This document shows, one piece after another, positions 24,467 through 39,509 of a stretch of DNA of 64,000 bases. How positions within the stretch are numbered: position 1 is the stretch's first letter; each line of letters opens with the position of its first letter. Source of the stretch: Octopus vulgaris (lineage: Eukaryota). A program made the translations under genes and the position numbers. The stretch is taken from assembly GCA_951406725.2 (NCBI GenBank), contig OX597817.1, positions 25,606,001 to 25,670,000 of the forward strand, written 5' to 3'. The notes beneath the pieces were generated by a model, which was given only the letters and a program-made list of their open reading frames with translations, was not told the DNA's origin and searched no databases.

Positions 24467-26469
24467 TAAATCAAGATTTATACTGAATAGTACATTCATA
24501 TTATTTGATATAAATTTGGAATATTTTTCTGCCAAACATTTCAAGAACTATATTCCACTTGTAGTTTTCAAAGAAATAAACAGATCTCACTTTTGTGTCT
24601 ACTTAGACATTAAAAACAAAAATGTAACAAAGCAAGCCAAAACAAAAGTATAAAAGTATTGTATTTGATTTATCTTTTTCATTGTTGCTTTTTTTTTTTC
24701 GTACAAGTTCATTATCTGCAATTTTTATTTAAAATGGGCAATAATATTTAATATTTCAGTCTCAACACATTCAAAATGAAAGGTAACATGACAAATAAAA
24801 GCCTTAATCCTCATAATCTCCTAAGAACCAATTAACAAGGATTAATACATCAAATTGTTTGAATTGTGGTATAAAACTATAATGAAAATATTCCCTTCTA
24901 CAGAATAAGAGAAAAGCCATCAGCACAGAATCAAACAGTTGGGATAAAAATAGTATTTCATTGGTTACTTTTTCAATAAATTTATCCTGTTTTTAAAATC
25001 CTTGTTGTGTTCGTATAGTTATTGTTTCTTAGTGTTTCTTAATCTTTTACTGTCTTCTCTCCATAGAAAGAAAGACAGTTGACCAATATGAAATTAATTT
25101 GAATAAAACCAAGTCTTTTACATTAACAATACTAATTCTACTAACAAGAATATCAACCCACGAAAAAAATTGATTATACCAAAAACTCAAAACCAGTAAC
25201 AAAGATTAACAAAATATCCATTATATTATTAACAAAGGAAAAAGATAACAGCCAATTATTATTCAAACAGTAATAAAAAAGAGTTTTTGCATATATCTCC
25301 CAAATTTACTTTCTAAGACAAATGTAATGATTTCTAAACATGTTTTGTTAATGAGAAAGATTTAAACCCTTATGTTTGGTAAGTTATAAGCTTAAATGTT
25401 TTTTAAATGTATTTTAATGCGACATGACTGAAGATCAGTCTAATAGCTTATATTTGCTTCATTTTTTTTGTTAATTCAGATTAGCATATCTTTGGCTTCA
25501 ATAATCCTGTCTGTTATATATATGCATTTACTTAAGTCCAGATGTTTAACTGTTTATAAAATTATTTTTCTTTCAGAAAAGAATGCAAAGATTAATTAAC
25601 AATGATTTATTATCAAAATATATACTATTGTGTGTTTTAAGATATGTTTCACAATGACAAATCAGCTTTGCAAAGTTAATTAATTCACAACAAATCAAAA
25701 CATGTTGCTATTTAACTTGTGGTCAGTCATGGTTCAAGAAACAGATGTAAATTGTATTCTAGTAGGGACCAACTCACCTTTCTTTCAATAATTCATCTAA
25801 GAATACATTACCCAATAAGATGTTCATGCTGTTAAGCGAACAATAACTGACATAAGGGACATTTGACCATTATTTCTAGTTGTGGCCCACTTGGCAGCTT
25901 CCTAACTGATTTGAACTCAAAGTAAATCATCATCATCATCATCAGGTTCCAGGTTCCAGTCTGATTTGGTTCAGTTTTTATGGTTGGTTGCTCATCTTAA
26001 TGCCAGCCACTTTACAGAGCATGTTGGACACCAGCATAAGTACGTCTACCTGGCGCTGGCAGGTGTGTTATTTTGTGGTGCAAGCATGGTTGCTGTCTAT
26101 GTGGGATTAGCACAAGTGGAACGTGGCATTGGCACTGGAACAGGGATTTATCATCAGTTGGTAATTGTGATCGACAGATCTAAGAGTGCAGAAGTTTGCT
26201 GGCAAGTGCTAACTTCTTGGAAAGTACTTTTGCTTACATTTTTTACTAGCAGAATTTTGGGTCTAAAGAGTTGTGTGCAACACTTTTCTGCTAACACTAA
26301 TTCTGTTATATACACAGCTTAGGAGATACACATATTTCTATCAATAATATATATATATACATACACACAAATATATACATGCAATTAAAGCTGAATAAAA
26401 TTTACAAATATGTGTATCTACTATTTACATAATATTTTTTTCACTCTATTTCGTCTTTGATATATATAT

Positions 26470-26685
26470 ACGAGAAGGACTGTGATAGCAATAGTGAGAG
26501 AAATGTGTGGGGTGAAGCTGTTTGATAAAAGTAGGAGTGATGATTTGATGGGAATGCTGGGGTTTGAGGAATCAGTGGAATGGTTGGCAAGGGCGAATGG
26601 AGTGAGATGGTATGGACATGTGTTGAGGCGGGATGAAGAGCATGTTCTGAGAAGGGCGATTGCAATTAAGGTAAATGGAGAGTGA
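26470..26685 (+). pseudogene. RTE-clade LINE C-terminal fragment
   Basis: REMCGVKLFDKSRSDDLMGMLG...VRWYGHVLRRDEEHVLRRA matches the RTE C-terminal RW.GHV.R motif. Confidence 0.8.
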
Positions 26686-28015
26686 AAGAAGCTTGAACAA
26701 TATCTGTCTCTTATGTTTTAAACCCTGTCTGTAAACAGCCAGTCTTATAAGTCATCTGAGGGCTCCTCAACTTAATGATTGTGATGTGTGATGGGGTGTG
26801 TTGATGAGATGTGGTGAGGGTGTTGATGAGATGGCTATTATTTGTCTAGATGAAGCAATCCCCATGTATACATATATACTCACACACTCACACACACACA
26901 CATGTATGTATCAAATTAACACACAACTGAAAGAGCTACTAATAGTTTCAGGCTTTTATGATACTTGGACTGGCATATACACCTTGCAGTTCCAAGCAAT
27001 CTCTCAAGCTCTGTTTATGCATCTTATTTGATCCAGTAATTCGAACACACTGCTTAATTCCAGATCGGAAATTTTTAGCAGGTGTAAAAACATGGACAAG
27101 TTTCTTTAATCGAATTGGAAGACACTACTTGCACTGGATTGAGTTATTGTCTCACAGATTTTGACATATTTTCTATTATTCTGTTCTATACCAGTTGTAT
27201 TTAATGTGCTTTCTGCAAACAGGGAGGATGAATGTCTTAGTTTTCTTCATTTCATTTCATTTTCATGTTTTCCCAACATTTTTCTTATTTTCCCACTCTC
27301 CAGCATCCTTGTTTTTTCAAAATATATATAACACATAAGCAGGACCTGAAAGATTGCTTGGAGCTTTAAGGTGTATTTTACAAATATGCTTGTTCAAGGA
27401 TCATAAAATCATGAAATTATTTTCAGCTTTTTCTGTTGTGTATCAACCGGATATTTATTTCTAACTGGATGGAGTACTTTTTTTTTGTTGACTCTACATC
27501 TACTGGAGTTAAAAACTATTTGTATATCCAAGGCAAAACTCCAGCATGGCCACAGTCAAATGACTGAAACAAGTAAAAGATACACACACACACATCATCA
27601 TATAATAAGAAATTATATAGATAATATATAACCCATATTATGTGATTAGAAATGATATACTTTTCGTACTTAATGATAAATATTCACAATTTTCATCTTG
27701 GTTGATGCTGTTCCTCTTACCTATCCAATGAGCAAGTCCCTAAAAGGAATATTATATATGTACCAGACACATATTTAAAACAAAATGATATGTCAAAAGT
27801 TTTACTAAAGGAAAATATGAACAAATTTAACAGAATCAAAAAAAGAAAACAAAACAAAAGAAAACAAAGGTCCTGCAGTTCATGTCTGTTTTCTTGTATA
27901 TCAAACGTACTTTTGCAAACCTGTAATCAAAATAACTCCATGTATAATGATCATATCTGTTTCTAAACAAAATATATGTTTAGAACTAGATTTTTCAATG
28001 CATCCTCTACATCAT

Positions 28016-28416
28016 AGGTGTAAGTAGCTTGCTTATTAACCACATGGTTCTGGGTTCAGTCCCACTGCAGGGCACTTTGGGAAAGTGTCTTCTACTATAG
28101 CCTCAGGCCGACCAAAGCCTTGTGAGTGGATTTGGTAGACGGAAACTGAAAGAAGCCCATCGTATATATGTATATATATATGTGTATGTATATGTTTGTG
28201 TGTGTGTGTTTGTCCCCCCAACATTGCTTCACAACCGATGCTGGTGTGTTTACGTCCCTTACATAACTTAGCGGTTCGGCAAGAGAGACCAATAGAATAA
28301 GTACTAGGCTTAGAAAGAATAAGTCCTGGGACCGATTTGCTCGACTAGAGGCAGTGCTCCAGCATGGCCGCAGTCAAATGACTGAAACAAATAAAAGAAT
28401 AAAAGAATAAAAGAAT
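28016..28416 (+). mobile_element. tRNA-derived SINE family S1 with internal microsatellite
   Basis: B-box-like GGTTCAGTCCC, shared body and (TAAAAGA)n tail. Near-identical to 29201-29590, 30380-30770 and 62383-62772. Confidence 0.88.
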
Positions 28417-29200
28417 CCCCTTACTTTATTCCGTTGGATGATGGTTGGGTATATTTGAATGAGATTTAGTTGCTATTTATTGTATCAACTAACCACATAG
28501 ATAATTGTTCATTGGTTTGTAATACAAACACTTAAATCTCAATGGTTTCATATACTTAACTATCAAGGAGCATTACAATGGGAGGGTGTATTTGTTTTTG
28601 GTCTAGGCAATGACAGTAGTTTGGAAATTTACAAGTCATTTATTAGCTTGTAATACCAGTTTCAATTACTCCTATGGGAAAGCTATCTTCAGTAGTACAC
28701 TATCTTATTTGGAGCAGAAGGCGGGGAAGATTTATTTCTCATCTAATTAATGCTATAGAAATCAGAGATAAGCACATAACAAGTATGAAAACTTTAACAT
28801 TCCACTAATAAGACAGTTATAATTCATTCAAATGAAATTTAACTAAATTAGCGAGAACATACAGAAAAACAAAGGGAATAATTAATAGAATTTAAAGTGA
28901 ATCACTCAGATGCTGATATTTGGAGAGTATAATTACCATGGTTCCAAGAAAGTAAAGGATGATTAGGAAGTTATTATCAAATAGCTACTGTAGGTTTACA
29001 AAAATACTTAATGGAAAATAGTTACAAGCTAATATAATTGCACTGGAAGTGTGAAGAAAGCAAAAAAGTTTTCCATTTTCAAAGAGGACCTAAGGTATAA
29101 GTACAGTAACTGAATTAGATGTGATATATAGAAAAAAAATAAAGAGATGGAATTTATGCTAAAAAAGCAAAAAACAAATTAAAACAAAAAGAAAACAAAC

Positions 29201-29590
29201 AGCGGGAGTGGCTGTGTGGTAAGTAGCTTGTTTACCAACCACATGGTTCCGGGTTCAGTCCCACTGTGTGGCACCTTGGGCAAATGTCTTCTACTATAGC
29301 CTCGGGCCGACCAAAGCCTTGGGAGTGGATTTGGTAGGCGGAAACTGAAAGAAGCCTGTTGTATATATGTATGTATATATATGCGTGGGTGTGTTTGTCC
29401 CCCTAGTATTGTTTGACAACAGATGCTGGTGTGTTTATGTCCCCGTTACTTAACGGTTTGGCAAAAGAGACTGATAGAATAAGTACTGGGCTTACAAAAG
29501 AATAAGTCCCGAGGTCGAGTTGCTCGGTTAAAGGCGGTGCTCCAGCATGGCCGCAGTCAAATGACTGAAACAAGTAAAAGAGCAAAGAGT
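29201..29590 (+). mobile_element. SINE family S1
   Basis: GGAGTGGCTGTGTGGTAAG...GGGTTCAGTCCC...GACTGAAACAAGTAAAAGAG. Confidence 0.9.
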
Positions 29591-29689
29591 ATACAAAGAT
29601 ACCATCATAGTATTATGGTAATAAAATACCCTTCATGACCACTACTTAGTGAAACTATAGAAGTACATAAAAAAACTATAAAGAAATTA

Positions 29690-30232
29690 TTTTAAAAGAC
29701 CGAAACCTTTGGTGATATGCCAGTGATATGAAGACCCTTCAAGCCAAGTGAGATTGTAATAGTGGCTGATGCCAGTGTTGTGTAACTGGCCTATTAAAAG
29801 CACCCTTCAAATATTGGGTGATATGCTGTGCTTGCAAGAACCTGTTGAGCTGAGTGAAATTATAGACATGGCTCTGATGCTGGTGCCATGTGACTGGCAT
29901 CTGTGCTGGTGGCATGTAAAAAGCACCCTTCAAGCATTGGGCCTCATGGAGGTAGTGACAGATGACCGAAACCTTCAGTGATATACTGTGCTTATGTAGA
30001 TCTATCAAGCCAAGTGAGACTTTAGTCGTGACTGATACTAGAGTCAGGTAAATGGCACCCGCGTCGGTGGCACACAAAATGCACCCACTACACTCTTGGA
30101 ATGGTTTCCAGTCATAGAAACCTTGCCAAATCAGATCAGAACCTGGTGCATCTCCCCAGCTTACCAGTTTTCAGTCAAACTGTCCAACACATGCCAGCAT
30201 GAAAAACAGACGTTAAACGATGATAAGGATGA
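29690..30232 (+). mobile_element. Retroposon family D with internal tandem subrepeats and (GAT)n tail
   Basis: Repeated AAAAGCACCCTTCAA and AAGCCAAGTGAGA units; 3' end CAGACGTTAAACGATGAT as at 32803. Confidence 0.7.
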
Positions 30233-30379
30233 CTTCTTGTCACCATCCTCATCATCACTGTCATCCTTTTAAGTTAACTTTTCTATGCTGGTATGGATTT
30301 CATTGAGTCTCCCTAGCACAGTATCCTGCCACTTGTTATATTTTTTTGACACCGCTGTTGTGAAATTAAACAAACTATA

Positions 30380-30770
30380 GGTGCAGGAGTGGCTGTGTGG
30401 TAAGTAGCTTGCTTACAAACCACATGGTTCCAGTTTCAGTCCTTGGGCAAGTGTCTTCCTCTATAGCCTCGGACTGACCAAAGCCTTGTGAGTGGATTTC
30501 GTAGACAGAAACTGAAAGAAGCCCATCGTATATATGTATATATGTATATGTATGTGTATATATGTTTGTGTGCCTGTGTTTGTCCCCCCAACATCTCTTG
30601 ACAACCAATGCTGGTGTGTTTACGTCCCCATAACTTAGTGGTTCAGCAAAAGAGATGGTTAGAATAAATACTAGGCTTGCAAAGAATAAGTCCTGGGGTA
30701 GAATTGCTCGACTAAAGGCGGTGCTCCAGCATGGCCACAGTCACATGACTGAAACAAGTAAAAGAGTAAA
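30380..30770 (+). mobile_element. SINE family S1
   Basis: Homologous to the other S1 copies. Confidence 0.9.
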
Positions 30771-32555
30771 ACTAAAATCTTTTACCATTTCTGCCTAAGT
30801 CATCTCAAGTTTTATTCGTTCTCTGTTTCATTCCATACAAATCCTCTGGCACTTCTTCATCCATCTATCGTCATCTACATGCATTAGATTTTGTACCAAA
30901 GCAGCAATCTCTTTCTTCCACACTATACCTGATGTTCCTCAAACCAGCTTTTCTCTCAGCTCATCTGTACTCCTCTAAGAAAGACATCAAATATCATATT
31001 ACAATATATTTTTCACTTTTGTAATATTTGTACTTTGTGAATAAGATAACAATTCATGTGACTAGCCCAAAACAAGCAACTGGTTTCAAAGTTCTTCTCC
31101 TTGAGGACATTGTACTCCAACATGTTCCTCGCAAATGATGAGATAGATTTACTGAATATTCAAGTCTATTACTACAAAGAAATATGAAATAAGTTTTAAG
31201 CATGTAAATCTGATATATACATATATTTATGCACAGAGTAACCAAAAAGTAGTAACCAAAATTTTCTTCAGTTAACTCTATGGTATCACAAAAAGGGAGA
31301 ATACATAGATTAAAGTAACCTTAGGCGTAGTAAAACTTAAGTAAAAATGATATAAAAGCAGCAAGAATGCCTTTGATGAAAGGTCAACTCAGAGCTAACT
31401 TAAGCTAAACAAAACAACATTAACAATATACAGAAACAATTAATTTTCTAAGATTTTCTTGTTTCCCTGTATTTTTTTTTTGTATATTTTTCTAGACCTG
31501 AGGATATAAAGCGAAAGCTATGAGATACCAAAATTCTTGCTAGGTTAAGAAGAATGATATATTACTCTTTTTGTTTTTGCACTACATCTTTAATTCTGTT
31601 TACCTCATATGTTTTGTTCTAAACTATTAAAGTCAACAATGTTTGTTTGTGGATAGTGAAAGTAAAAGAAATGCTGTTTTTTTCAGAAATGTTATGAAAT
31701 TTTCATTTTACTGATATTTAAATGATTTGTTTCTTTGACCTAGGCTATACATCATAAAAAATAAAATAAATACAGACTAAATCAGGCAGAAATATGATGA
31801 ATCACAAGAAGGAAAAAATAAAGAGCATATTCATAAATAAGTGAATGAATGAATGACATTAGATAAGTATACAGCAAAACCAAATAAACATTAACATTTT
31901 TGACATTATATGAACAATATATCACTACATCATTTGTGTATATAAAATATATACAACTCTATATGTATACACACACACACATACACTTATACATATATAA
32001 ATATATATAAGAGTTACTATATCTATCTATCTCATATATATATATACATAAAAAATCTTGCACAACAAATATTTAAACGTATATATATATAAATATATAT
32101 AATATATATATATATATATATGACAATGAGCATTGCTAACATCAGCTTCATGATCATCATCCTAATATAAACACACATATGACCTTATATAATTACGAGC
32201 AAGACTCCCCCCCCCCCATCCAATGGACGGTGCTGAGTTGTCAAATATTTAAACCAAATTTTCTCAAAACAACTTGTCCAACCGTCCCATAGGCCTTCCC
32301 TTTCAGAAACACTGATTTAACATAAATATGAGACACCAGCAAAAGAAGAAATAACGATAGACTTTTTTTCTATTCCAAAGGAAAACGATTTCCCACGGCT
32401 TTATCGATCGCATTCTCACCTGGAAACGATTTTGTAATTTTTTCAAGACTTATACACGCCCTGATACCGTCGGTATCAACATTTAAAATTTGAGTGCAAT
32501 CAGATAGAGGATGCCCGAGATCCTAGAAGCCACACACACAGACAAAACGGATTTT

Positions 32556-32803
32556 GTGGCACGTAAAAAGCACCATCCGATCGTGGCCGTTTGCCAGCCT
32601 CGTCTGGCACCTGTGCCGGTTGCACGTAAAATACACCCACTACACTCACGGAGTGGTTGGCGTTAGGAAGGGCATCCAGCTGTAGAAACACTGCCAGATC
32701 AGACTGGGCCTGGTGCAGCCTTCTGGCTTCCCAGACCCCAGTTGAACCGTCCAACCCATGCTAGCATGGAAATCGGACGTTAAACGATGATGATGATGAT
32801 GAT
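32556..32803 (+). mobile_element. Retroposon family D 3' part (SINE or LINE tail) with (GAT)n
   Basis: GGAGTGGTTGGCGTTAGGAAGGGCATCCAGCTGTAGAAAC...GGACGTTAAACGATGATGATGAT. Decayed relatives at 6690, 25930 (-), 30080 and 36850 (-). Confidence 0.8.
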
Positions 32804-34799
32804 TAGTATCTCAATCAAGTACCAGCTTATGTTTATTGTTTGTAAATACTTAACTGTGCTAAATTTTATTGTACATTATTGCAATGCTACATTCTGGGAT
32901 TTCTTATGATGAGTAATATCAACATCCAAATTCTACCATTCATCATTATCATTATTATTTATCATTAACAGAATAAAGGCAGAAAATTATCTATGTTTGT
33001 CAAACAGTAGTCAGAATATGTTGCCATACTCAGTTACATCACTAAGTTTGAATTCTGCCTTGGTCAACTTTGCCACTCATATTTTGTGTATTACAGTAAG
33101 TACCAGTCAAGGATTACAGATGGTCAAATCAATTGCGTACTCTACCAAAACTTTGTGTTCTTGTACCTAATGTAAAAGTGATTATAATTACTAATATGTT
33201 CCTCATCTTCAAAGAATAATTTCCAGCTCCCCACAAAATAAACTACATATAAGAATACGTTTGCGTGTGTCTATATGGTTCTTGCCAATCCCAGTTTATG
33301 TGTATGTTTATGTATGCGTTTGCATGTGTGTGCATGTTTCTTAACTACAAGGACATATTGGAAAAGCATAATATGTTAGAATTACCAATAACATAGAAGA
33401 AGGGGTAAAGAAACGAAAGTTCAATATGCTTCTGTCGTTAATTCCCCAAGATAAAACCCTAAGTGAACATTAATCAAAGTCCTAAATATTAAATAAAGGT
33501 TGATTTCAAGTAACTTGGACAGAGATGTTAGAAGAATGGGAGTATGAAAATACTATAATACGGTCAAATCTGATATAAAGATATAAGTGAAGGGAGTTGA
33601 AAACGTTTAAGGATGTATCAAAAGGAAACTGCCTAATTCTTTGCATAGATGGTCTTTCCAATACATATGTCAAAGATGTATTGTATTCATTCTTGGGTTA
33701 ATGACATTAGTGGCATTATAAGAGAAGAAAGATCTAATTATTTACATACACATGTACACACACATACATCTATAAAATTGTTTGAATTATTGGCAGTACG
33801 CAATTCAGAGTAGGGAGTCAGTGCTGCAGTTTCTAATGATATATGTTATATGTTTATGTTCATAGTTGTATGTAAGTATGTATGTATGTATGTATGTATG
33901 TATGTATGTGTGTATGAATGTGTGTATATGTCTATGTGTGTATGTATGTATGTGTGTATATGTATGTGTGTGTATGTACGTATGTGTGCATGAATGTGTG
34001 CATATGTCTATATGCATGAATGCATGTATAGATAGATGAAGAGAGAGAGAGAGAAAGATGGAACATCCTTGAGAATAGGAAGCATGCTTGATAACCGCTA
34101 CACCATTGCACCATCTACCGTCACACCACATGTGAAAATGCAAAAGAGGTTATAACTTAAAAACTTTTGTGCTTATTTTCTCTTCATCTTCCTTTGTTTT
34201 CCTTTCATATTTTTATCTTTCGTTTTTTTTTAGGTAGGAGATCTAATTCAATAAAGACATTGATCTGTAAACCAAACAACTGTTCTTATATTTGATTTCC
34301 ACATCTAGTAAATAGATAAAACGCGTAAGTGAATAAACAACTACATGTAAAGAAATACAATAAAAGAAAAAAAAACACATATTCCATTTTCAAGAAATCA
34401 CAATTTCATTTACTCTTTTGATGCAACGAATCACGATAAAAGAGTTCTCTGTATCAAGTAAAAATGCTCGGCCTGTCCTAAGGGATTTAAAATTGTCCAC
34501 GGAAATCTCGGTTGAATTTAATTCATTTAACTCATATTCATTTATCCTCTTGTTGCTCTCGATCATTGAACTATAACTAAGCTGGTGCACTGCCTTCCAG
34601 ATAATTAGTTGATCTTATCGAACTCACCGCTTATTTCAGTGTGATACTTATTTTGTCAATCACTAGTAATCAAATTGCTAGGTTATAGTTTTCACATAGA
34701 GAAATATAACTCAACATAAAGTTTACAGTGATAGAAATAGTCCCACATGGATAAGGACACATGCTTTCATACATACATATATACATACATACATACAGA

Positions 34800-34854
34800 G
34801 TACATACATACATGTATGCATGCATGCATTCACGCACATACATATATACATACA

Positions 34855-34886
<32 letters not shown>

Positions 34887-35290
34887 CATGCATACACAAA
34901 TACACACACATATATACTAATAGGCAAACATACACATATGTATGCATGCATGCATTCACACACATACATATATACATACATACATACATATACATGCATT
35001 CACAAATACACACACATATATACTAATAGGCAAACATACACACATGTATGCATGCATACATTCACACACATACATATATACATACATGCATACATACATA
35101 TACATGCATACACAAATACACACACATATATACTAATAGGCAAACATACATACATGTATGCATGCATACATTCACACACATACATATATACATACATGCA
35201 TACATACATATACATGCATACACAAATACACACACATATATACTAATAGGCAAACATACATACATGTATGCATGCATGCATTCACACACA

Positions 35291-35322
<32 letters not shown>

Positions 35323-35372
35323 CATGCATACACAAATACACACACACATATATACTAATAGGCAAACATACA
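34800..35372. repeat. Minisatellite, 5 units of ~106-114 bp built from CATA/CA microsatellite
   Basis: Marker ACTAATAGGCAAACATA recurs at ~34916, 35022, 35132, 35242 and 35355. Confidence 0.9.
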
Positions 35373-36725
35373 TGCATACGTATATACATACATACACACA
35401 TCGATAAAAATATGACAGGATTCTGGTTAGATTTTACCAATCAAATTCTACACACAAGGCATTAAAAACTCAAGGTTATAATAACTGAAGACACTTAATT
35501 AAGCTTCAGCTCGCTGAGATCTAATCTTCAGCCACATTTGTAAAAAAAACCCACTTATAATGACATAGCACCTATTCATATATTATATTCACGACTATAA
35601 CTACATACACACATGTGTGCACACTCGTGTGTACACATATATTTTATATCATAAAACAACATGTTACTGGTTAGAGCATATAATTTCAGAATGCTACCAT
35701 CGTCGGTTTTGCACAGAATATTGTCACTGACAATATCAAAATCTTTTCTGTTATGCTGACTGAAAGTGAATAACCTTTTTGCACTGGAGGGTACAAAAAC
35801 ATTTTTTTGGCAAAATGGAAGAATGAAATTTTGGAAAGATATTTTGGGATGGATAAAAGGAAGATGTGTTAATCCCTTTGAATTTGTGTTAGCTATAGGT
35901 GTAGTGTGTAACCTTTATGTGTGGTTCTCTGGTTTTAAAGAGGATGACAGCATTTATACAATGAATTTGCCTTCACGTGGACAGTATCTGAAAATTTTGC
36001 TATTCAGGTTCAGGAAAGCACTCATACTATTTGAATATTTGAGAGTGACACTCTTTTCCACCACGCTGACTCTGAATCTCTTTCATTAATATACAGCCAA
36101 GACGATTTCAAAAAATCTCCATTTGGTTTTACATGACATTTCCCCCTCTTTCAATTGCCATACATAACTGGGCCAAAGTGGTAACATTATACCTTTCTGG
36201 ACCCTAAAAAAGGATCTGGGATTATTTAACCTGGCCTTAAAATCTCTTTTGTTGTCCTGAGAAATATCTGTCTGTGCATCTTCTCATTGGTATTGGTCAA
36301 TGCTACTTCTGTTGTAGATTACTGCTTCTGCATTGCATTGACTGTACCCTGGGCACTCACTGTCAAACCTACAGGAGTCTCTTGCCTCTGTCCATGGCTT
36401 ATTAAATATTCTTTTGAAGTTATGTATGCTGCAGAATGAGATCATTAATGTTCTTCTGTAACATTTATCATATGTAAACGTTCTACCCTTTTATCAAGAC
36501 CATAAGCATTTAAGTTTACTAGTGTAAGTTTACATGTTAAATGAGAAAGAGGGGCCAACCATACGATTTTGTAGTGGAGCTTTGTCATGAGGGGGCCAGG
36601 GCTAAGAATGTCAGTAATATAGTCTTTATTGGGGGTAAGTTTGAGATACTACTGATATCATCTTTTACAAGGCCTTTAAACACCATAGGCTGGCAGTAGG
36701 ATATGGAAAACAAGCTGATCATTTT

Positions 36726-36746
36726 TACTACCACCACCACCACTAC

Positions 36747-36828
<82 letters not shown>

Positions 36829-36847
36829 TCATCTTTGTCATCATCAT
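36726..36847. repeat. (CAC)n/(CAT)n trinucleotide repeat, tail of an inverted family D copy
   Basis: Direct reading. It explains the poly-Met ORF. Confidence 0.9.
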
Positions 36848-37541
36848 CTGTGCTCCCTGTGGCCATGGGTTGGAAGGTTTGACAGGATCAGATGAGTCTA
36901 AGGATTCATGTTGCAATGTCTGTTTCTAGAACTTGATGCCCTTCCTAATGCAGACCAATTTACAGAATGCACCAGAATGCATTTTTTTGTGGAATCAGCA
37001 TTAATGAGGTCACCATGCAACTTGCAAGCTTAAGACCCTTTCAGCTAAGTGGAGCTGCAGCTGGGAGAAAGATAGCTTTATGCTAAGAGATAAAGAGTTA
37101 ACATATAAAAGAATGGAATAGGGTTTATTCTGTAGAAAACCCATATAGCTATTCACATTACAAGGGGGGGGGAAAGTGATCAGGGAGTAAGTGGAAAGGG
37201 ATTAAAATAGTTGTGATGAGATATCAGGGTGGACCCTCAAGAAACAAGGAGAGTGGTGACAAGAGAAGAGGAAGTGTAGATGATTAGAGGTTGCAAGGAT
37301 GTATGGCAGGGTGAGAGATGGATAGAAATGGAGGGTTGGAGGTAGGTGAGAGAGTGAATATAAAGAAGGACGAGTGGAGAGTTGATGGGTTGCTCTTCAA
37401 ACCGGCTGCATTTTGACAGTTAAGTGATGATATATACACTCACATGCAAACATATGCATACATGCATTGATACAAATATGCTTATATATGCATAAACACC
37501 TGTATTCATGTATGTATGTGTATGTATATATATGTGTGTGT

Positions 37542-37783
37542 GTGGAGGCACGTGGCTTAGTGGTTAGGGTGTCAGCATCATGATCGTAAGATTGCAGTTT
37601 CAACTCCTGGATCGTTGTGTTCTTGAGCAAAACACTTCATTTCACATTACTCCAGTCCACTCAGCTGGCAAAAATGAGTAATGCTACGATGGACTGGCAT
37701 CCCATCCAGCTGGGCAACACATATGCCATTAAAACGGGGAAACCGGGCCCATGAGCCAGGCTAGGCTTTAAAAGGGCTCATTC

Positions 37784-37790
<7 letters not shown>
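37542..37790 (+). mobile_element. tRNA-derived SINE family S3
   Basis: A box TGGCTTAGTGG and decayed B box. Homologous to 60957-61420; relatives at 44485-44810 and ~57900-58050 (-). Confidence 0.8.
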
Positions 37791-37829
<39 letters not shown>

Positions 37830-37836
<7 letters not shown>

Positions 37837-38078
37837 TTAGTGAATTGAAGAAATGGAGTTGAACGAAGATTGAACAGAAATCGTTTTATTGCATTCTACA
37901 CGTGTTTCGAAAGCCACAATTTACCAAATTCCGATTGAATAAGGAGACCATATTGTGTCTTCGGAATTTGGTAAATTGTGGCTTTCAAAACACGTGTAGA
38001 ATGCAATAAAACGATTTCTGTTCAATCTTCGTTCAACTCCATTTCTTCAATTCACTAATAATATTAAAATTCAATTAT
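37830..38078. mobile_element. HHR family C fold-back mini-element (~105-bp arms) next to (TA)n
   Basis: 37830-37934 and 37961-38065 are near-perfect inverted repeats. Same family as 42670-42878. Confidence 0.85.
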
Positions 38079-39509
38079 CCGCACAAACGCATGGTTGCAA
38101 CACCATATGGTTGTACCTCCAACCGTGCTGTCTTCTGCTGTGATTTTTGCTACCAAGGTATCGGTTAAACTTTTGATTAATCTGCAACAAGATTATTCAT
38201 CTTTCTATTTCACAAAATATATATATATATATATATATAAAGAGAGATACACATATAGACACATAATATACACTCATAGATATATGCACTCACACACACA
38301 CACACGCACACACACACACATGATAAGGAAGAGTATTGACAATTATAGTTTAATATTTAAAATATGTGCTTGTGTCTATATGGTGCATAAATACCAGCAC
38401 ATGGTTAGAAACAATGAATCATTGGCAGTGTATGTTTAAGAAAAAAAGCGTAATGCTATGAACGTACTGACTGCTTAATATTTGATCCATCTATGGAAGG
38501 AAATCTCTTATGACATAAACAAATATGTTTATTAATTATATAATTCAGTAATTCCATTGCACGCTTTTTGTGTGAGATTCAGAGCCATACTGATATCATT
38601 CTGTAAACACAGAAATGTATCATTAACCACATACAGACAGAAAAATGGATGAATGAAGATATGGAGAGCTGGATGGATGAAATGATAAATAGAGAAAGAG
38701 AGAGGCTACTCTATAAATAAATAAATGAAAACAGCAGGTGAATGCTGTAATATGCTGCTGGGGTATGAGCCAATGTTTAACAGATCACAGTCTGTTATTG
38801 ATATTGCTCTACATCCATGGAAAAGTCTCATAATGTTCAGTTTACAATTCTGTGCAGTGGAAACAATGTATAATTAATGAATATCACATTAGCTAGCAGA
38901 AGTGATGAAGACTCTTGCTGCAGATAAATTGGAGAGGCAGAGGCAGAGGTAGAGGGCATCTGGTCGGCTAATTTTCTTGATGAGCACTGTGGGGGCATCC
39001 CTGCAAGCAGGTGGGCTACAAACCTCTCATTCACTGTATGTACATGTATGTGGATATACATTTGCATGCTTGCACACATGCATGTACACATACACACATG
39101 CACACATACACACTCATACATACATATCATCATAATTTAACTTCTCTTCACCATGCTGGCATGGGTTAGAAATTAGATGCATACATACCTACATATCTAT
39201 ACATGCACATATATATAGATATGTGTGTGTGTATATATATATATGTATGTATGTATATATATATGAATGCTTGTATGTATGTATATATATATATATATAT
39301 ACATATATATAGGGAGAATTTATGAAAAAAAACAAAAGACGAAGACAGGTGGTGTACAAAACAAACAGATGTATTAGTATAACGGTCAGGAATAGAAAAA
39401 GTCTTTTACGTTTCGAGCCTATGCCCTTCTACAGAAAGGGACACAGAAAAAAATCTGTGTAGTGGCTACCGATCTATCATGGCATCTGACTATATATATA
39501 TATGATTGT

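Noticed and set aside
32190-32555. Possible Helitron/Helentron-type end
   Set aside because: Only a general resemblance; termini could not be defined.
34800-35372. CRISPR-like repeat/spacer pattern
   Set aside because: The intervening sequences are near-identical, the context is eukaryotic and there are no cas genes.
35570-36610. Possible decayed DNA transposon
   Set aside because: No recognisable catalytic motif or TIR pair by eye.
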